Below the pieces are notes generated by a model. The model was not told the DNA's origin. It searched no databases and saw nothing but the letters and a program-made list of their open reading frames with translations. From contig CP068257.2 in the NCBI GenBank assembly GCA_009914755.4, positions 18,304,001 to 18,368,000 of the forward strand: a stretch of DNA of 64,000 nucleotides, read 5' to 3'. Below are positions 58,085 to 64,000 of the stretch, piece by piece; position 1 is the first letter of the stretch; each line of letters begins with the position of its first letter. The position numbers and the translations under genes are program-made. The DNA is from the human T2T-CHM13v2.0 reference genome, Homo sapiens.

Positions 58085-58205
58085 AGGAAATATATTCTGA
58101 AATATAATAAAAATAGGCTATTGAAAGGAAATATATTCTGAAATATGATAAAATTAGGCTATTGAGAGGAAATATAGTCTGAAATACAATAAAATTAGGC
58201 TATTG
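58085..58205. repeat. Tandem repeat, ~3 copies of a 46-47-bp unit
   Basis: ggaaatatattctgaaatataataaaaataggctattgaaa / ggaaatatattctgaaatatgataaaattaggctattgagag / gaaatatagtctgaaatacaataaaattaggctattgcaat. Confidence 0.85.
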
Positions 58206-58458
58206 CAATTGGCACAAAACTCTAATCCTCATTATACTGTTCTCAACTTTTTCATGGAGCTATAGAAATCAACTACAGCTCCTTTTTTTTGAACTGTTAT
58301 ATTACAACAACAGTGTAAAAAAAACGAACTTTTCATGCATGTATATACTATTAAAAAATCTATGTTACTTACTATTCTAGAGGTGATATGTAAACCATTA
58401 TAAAGAATTTTTGAAATACTACTATATTTTGTTTTTCAGTAGTGCTTAAAGCTTTATG

Positions 58459-58764
<306 letters not shown>

Positions 58765-58992
58765 TCAATAACAAGAGAGGTTTTAGCCCAGTAGGCTGTA
58801 ACAGCTTGTTTGAACTTGTTATGATCCATTTTGTCAATAAGGTCTTGGGAGATCTTTAAACCTGTGCTTATTTGACTATTAGGTATACATTATAACCATA
58901 TGTTGAATTAATGTTTACAACATATAGGTGTAAAAAAGAATTGAAACTCCTTTCTCCATGATATTTAAAAAAAAAATGATTTTAACAAGCTT

Positions 58993-59250
58993 TTTTGTTT
59001 GTTTGTTTGTTTGTTTGTCTTTTGAGATGGGATTTTGCTCTGTTGCCCAAGCTGGACTACAGTGGTTCCAACATACCTTCCTGTAAACTAAAGCTCCCAG
59101 TCTCAAGTGATTCTTCCTCCTCAGCCTCCTGAGTAGCCAGGACTATAGGCACACGTCACCACACTAAACCAATTTTTAAAAACATTTTTTGTAGAAACCA
59201 GTCTCACCATGTTGCCCAGGCTAGTCTTAAACTTCTGGCCTCAAGTGATC
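58993..59250 (-). mobile_element. (TTGT)n followed by a diverged old Alu (AluJ-like), antisense
   Basis: ttgtttgtttgtttgtttgtttgtcttttgagatgggattttgctctgttgcccaagctggactacagtggttcc…cctcagcctcctgagtagccaggactataggcacacgtcaccacac…gtctcaccatgttgcccaggctagtcttaaacttctggcctcaagtgatc. Confidence 0.8.
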
Positions 59251-62200
59251 ATCTCACCTTAGTAAATATATTTTATTCCCTAATATTAACACATTAAAAA
59301 TATTCACTGCCCTATGGACTGCTTAACATAGCATGATATTTCCAGATAATCTGTCTGTTAAAATTTCAGTGAGTTCTTTTCAGTGCTTGAGGGTAATGTC
59401 CAAGGATAATTTAAAGGGTATTTGTAGATATCATGCAGGTATAATGCAAGTTCATTTTAAAGCTGAAAGAAACTGGGACTCAGAGTTCTTAAGTGATAAA
59501 ATCGGGATGCAAGACCGGATTTTCTGCCTCCTTGTCCAACTTTTTTCTACTTCTTCGAAGGTTGTTAATTTTTCTATTTCTTTTAAAATATATTAGGGTT
59601 TTGTTGGGTTATCTTCATGAAGATATAAATTAATATATTCTGTTATATTTACATGCAGTTGATATATTTAATAGTAACATCAACTTATTCATGCAACCAT
59701 TAATTTCTTTATCAATAAAATAAATACTTTCTTGACACCCAGTACTTTCAAAATTCTGTAATAGACAGCTGGGAATGAAGACCAATAAAACATCCTTTTA
59801 TTGTCATGTCAATGTAGCAAATTATGTTTTAGACATGGTATACACAGAAGTAAATAATTACAGTGGAGAAATTGCTCGACTGAGGAAGTGATTGCCTCAG
59901 CCTAGATCAATAATTATTACAGTAGAGGGAGTGACAGAAATATTCACAAAGCAACACCTAATTTGGAAATTTGAACACATTAACTAGCTAAAGAACCAGA
60001 GAACAAAGATATTGTATGCCAAAGACAAGACTGTTTCATCAACTTTGGTGTGATTTCCATGGAGATGTTAACTCTAACTAGATTACTTGATATCAGGAAT
60101 AATTTGCCTCCTAATGCCCATGTATATGTAGGATGTACTTAGTATTGGCCTTTCTAGAATTAACATCTGAGTTGCCTGTAAGTGAACCCATCACCTATCA
60201 GAAGAAAATATTGGACAGTAAAGTTGCTGCACATCTTATCTCCAATGACACTGCCCATGTGATTGAATACCAGCAGTCTAGCAATCTAAGTATCTTATAA
60301 GAAAAGTCATTTTAGTTTGGCCGATAGAAAATTCTTCTAAACTATGTTTCTCCATTGAGTTTATTTACTTTTCTAAGTTTTTCTTCTTGAAGTAATGTAA
60401 AATAAGTCAATATCCTCTTCTACATGGCAGCTTTGACATATTTTGTATGTCTTTAAAAGATGGCTTATGGATTTTGGAGGTCTTAGTATTCCAGTGATTT
60501 CATTCTTTCATTATTTATCCTGTTGCTATGTTCTCTAAGACACATTCAACAGTGAAATTATATGATTCAGTTTACCTTATTAAACAATAGAGTATATTAA
60601 AATATGGCATCTGATTGCCTCTTCTGAAATTAGGATGAACTGGAAAAAAGATAAAGAGGAAAACAGAAGATAGCATCAGAAAAACAAATTTCAAGCAAAT
60701 GTTTTTACATTTTCTAACCCCAGTTTCCATGTTTAAATAATAGAAACAAAAACATCTACTTGGCAAACATTTTACTTAGATTAAATGAATTTGAATTTAA
60801 TAAGATAAAGTATGATTATGACAGGCATAGAAAATAATAAGTTTCGTCAAGGCAGTTCTCTAAAAAAGAAGTTGCTTGTCCGTAAGTGTTTTTATGTGTA
60901 ATAATTCTGGTGTGTCTTCATAATCTGAGATTTTGATGATCCTGCCATTTGTCTCTACATTCTGCCAGTGCTCTGAACAGAAGGTGCTTTATTTAAGCCA
61001 TTTTAGTGTGAAAAATAAGTACTTGATGGGGACATGCTTTGATAATGAGGTAGGAGACTGGCAAGACTTGTTTTCTAGTTATCCTGCTGACCAAAACTGG
61101 ATCTGGTCCAGACAGGAAAAAGTGAAAAAAACAGCAGGAACCAGCAGACAGCAACAAAAGCAATCCCTAGCTGCCTTCATTTCTCATTAGGATAAGACAC
61201 TTCCACCGGCACCACAACAGTTTATAAATACCATGGCAACGACCTGGAAGTTACCAATCCTTTCCATGGCAACAACGCAGAAGTTACTGCATATTTCCTA
61301 GACAGTTTTAAGTAACATGCCCCTCAATTTGCATTGACTCATCCTTTAATTTGCATGTAATTGAAGTGGGTTTACATGAGTATAAATACATTTGCCAAGC
61401 ACCCACTGCCTGTAAGTTATACCTGCTCTGCAAGGAGCAGTACCTTCCCATACAAGATTGCTGTCTAACACCACCAGCTAGCCCTTGAATTCTTTATTTG
61501 GCAAAACCAAGAACTCTCCCAGGCTAAGCCTTAATTTTGGGTCTCACCCGTCCTGCAACAAAACCATGTCTTTCCCTGAGTGGACAAGTTGAAAAAATAT
61601 CAATTATTTTACCGTGCCTTTCCAACACTTTTTGACTACCATGACATGGTAAAGGCAATTGTGCCAATTGTTAAATTGATTAATATTTCAGATTGTGACG
61701 ACCATGAGATCCTATACAATAACTTGGAAAATTATCTGATGTAGATTTGTAGAAAAACTTGCTACACATGTTTTAAAGGACTTCAACTCCTTTTGGCTGA
61801 AAATTCTGGAAGAAAGAAATTATTGGCATAACCATGACCATCCAGAAAACGTTGTTGATGCAATGGCTCATGCAATTTGGAATATTTTCTAGTGGTCCCT
61901 GTTGACTAATTTGATCTTACTAAGTAATTCAATACCACTTGAACATATTGTAGTGCTGGAGAAATCAGTAGCAGCAGTGTGAAACTAGCAAGAACTCCAC
62001 ATTTGAAGAATACTACCTTTCCTACAGGAATCCCTTGAACTTTAGAAAATTGATTAATCCCTTTGAGCTTAAGTTTTCTCATCTAGTAATAAAATGCATA
62101 TCCCAATAGTTTCTCTTCACTGCATTGTTGGAAAGATTAAAGGAAAAATGAGATCTCATGAAAAGCACTCAGCTCAGTATTGAGCACACAGTGAGCTACT

Positions 62201-62699
62201 GATAAGTATGAGCCATTATTGCTTCTTAAGTGTTGCTGAAAATGGATATTTTTCATCTTTGTGGTGTTGCAGAGCAGTTGAAATAATGAAGAGTTGTGAG
62301 GAATAATTTTTAAAATAGAAATAAATTTAAAATTACATTAATTTCAAAGCTGTACCAGTTAGTCAATTAATGGGCATATTAGTTAAGTACATGTGGACTA
62401 CAACAATTAGGTAGAATTTTTCCCTCTATTTCACTAAACACTATCCTCATCAGAATTCATTTTACCAAAAGCAGTTAATTATAAACAATATTTACATTTC
62501 TAGGCCACTGAATCTTTATATTTTGGGAAGACAGGTAGGGGAAAGATATTTCCTTTTCTTAGAAAAGTACTCATGACCAGTTAGCCACTCTTTTCTCTAG
62601 AATTTCACGACTTCCAGTACTCCAGAAGGGTCAGCAAAACCGAGATAATGAAGTCCTGATCTGGACGACATGTTTCACCCATAAACCCCAAATGTTTTT

Positions 62700-62805
62700 T
62701 CTCTCTCTCTCTTTCTCTCAATCTCAATCTTTCCCTGTCCCTCATACTCTGTCTCCCTACTCCCTACCCTCATCTCTCTATCACACACACACACATACAC
62801 AAGTC
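62700..62805. repeat. Compound (CT)n/(TCTCAA)n/(CA)n low-complexity microsatellite
   Basis: ctctctctctctttctctcaatctcaatctttccctgtccc…cacacacacacatacac. Confidence 0.85.
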
Positions 62806-64000
62806 TTCTTTTTAATAGTAATTTAATTTCTAGAGTTCATTCTGCAATAGAAAACTTATTGTTTCAATATTGAGTATTGCTAATGGCTTCCGTGTGGTAT
62901 CTTCTCCTTTCACATAAGAAAATAGATTTATTGAGAGACATTTAGGGAACAGTTTTACGCTTGCTAATGGCTTTAATTAATACAATAGCATTAATCAGAC
63001 TATATAGTTGCATTTTCTTTTTAAACAAATGACATTTTAATTTTAATCCAATAACAATACGATAGTATTCAATGAATTGTCCCCAAAGTGGATATTTAAA
63101 AATACATATTGATATTTTAGTTAAAGACAATCCTAGGTTATATTGAAAGACAAATCAGAAAAATCTAAAACAGTGTAGACATTTGTTAAACATTTATCAA
63201 ATGTATCTATTTTCTTTCATTATTACAAAGTTATATTAGTTATTTAATTAAACAGCAAATATACTTGAATTCATACACAATTTAAAATCATACTTTATTC
63301 ACTATTTCTAGAAACAGTCAAACTACTTAGAAACCTGGACTTAAATTGACATTGATTTTTCAGTGATCTCTAAAGCAAATAATTTACCTTTTTTATTTTG
63401 CCATGGTTTACATTTTTATCTCATGCCATTTTCTCCATTTCCAAATGACTATACAAATTTTTAGAAAGAAATAAAGAATACTACAAACAAACATTAAAAT
63501 GATTTAAAGCAAAGAGTTCTCATGTGCAGGAGGTTATCTTTATCAACAATTTTTTGAATAGTGCTTCTATATACATTATTGTTTTATAAAGCTCTTGATA
63601 TTAATAAATTCTCTAAGATGGGAAAAGTAACCTTCTTACATTGTTACTGAATGCATTGATAGCAATATACAACTAGATTCAATGATTTATATTTCTTCAT
63701 CAGATTTTCAGTTTGTGGAAGAAAGAGTTTGTTACCTGGCACAAAAGACCTAATATATTAGATTTAACTTCGTCAATGTAGAAATATCCACTTCTAGACA
63801 CAATGCTTTTCTCTTGATTGCATCTAACACATAATGGTATATATAGCCTGAATTCATAGTTCACCATCATTTTAACAACATTTTCTGTGTAATCGGTGCT
63901 ATTTTGTTAAATGGAGTTTATTTGAAACTGTCCATTACTTACAAGTTAGTAAGTCTGTCATTTCCTTGTTAGCCAAAAGGAGTTAACTTCTGGTATATTT

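Noticed and set aside
58085-58205. Possible CRISPR-like array (regular ~46-bp repeats)
   Set aside because: Only three adjacent copies with no intervening unique spacers, an AT-rich eukaryotic context and no cas-like ORFs. It is a minisatellite.

Overview
This window is primate (human-type) nuclear DNA, not a prokaryotic locus, and it is dominated by transposable elements. Both LINE-1 ORF2 (endonuclease/reverse transcriptase) and Alu show up repeatedly. I see no operons, Shine-Dalgarno-led gene arrays, CRISPR arrays or tRNA/rRNA genes, and no convincing host exon. What can be supported: (i) at least six LINE-1 copies or fragments, mostly antisense on the + strand. These include a near-full-length older L1 (12.4-22.7 kb) that carries a younger L1PA insertion (15.3-18.4 kb). 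(ii) Three independent L1 insertions (9.06-10.81 kb, 15.33-18.39 kb, 27.65-29.39 kb) have the 5'-inverted structure expected from twin priming, each with an almost seamless inversion junction. (iii) About 14 Alu copies (AluY/S/J), several with clean target-site duplications (TSDs). One is a 5'-truncated AluY with a perfect 18-bp TSD. (iv) Five solo LTRs of the ERVL-MaLR type (THE1/MST/MLT1-like). (v) A roughly 5-kb internally deleted gammaretrovirus-like provirus at 51.8-56.8 kb, minus strand, with two LTRs of about 465 bp that I estimate by eye to be roughly 93% identical. It has a perfect 18-nt tRNA-Glu primer-binding site, which points to a HERV-E-like family. A near-complete capsid region is readable across one frameshift, pol is missing, and a 129-aa Env TM open reading frame remains open. 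(vi) A roughly 620-bp element at 32.6-33.2 kb bounded by terminal inverted repeats (TIRs) about 49 bp long and about 88% identical, with an Alu monomer inside. I cannot assign it to a family. (vii) Microsatellites and a small minisatellite. The long ORFs in the six-frame track are all explained by L1 ORF2, Alu, L1 5'UTR or the ERV. The premise of an undescribed biological system is not supported by the sequence. The items worth a second look are the HERV-E-like provirus, the three twin-primed L1s, the TIR-bounded element and the young-looking Alu insertions.
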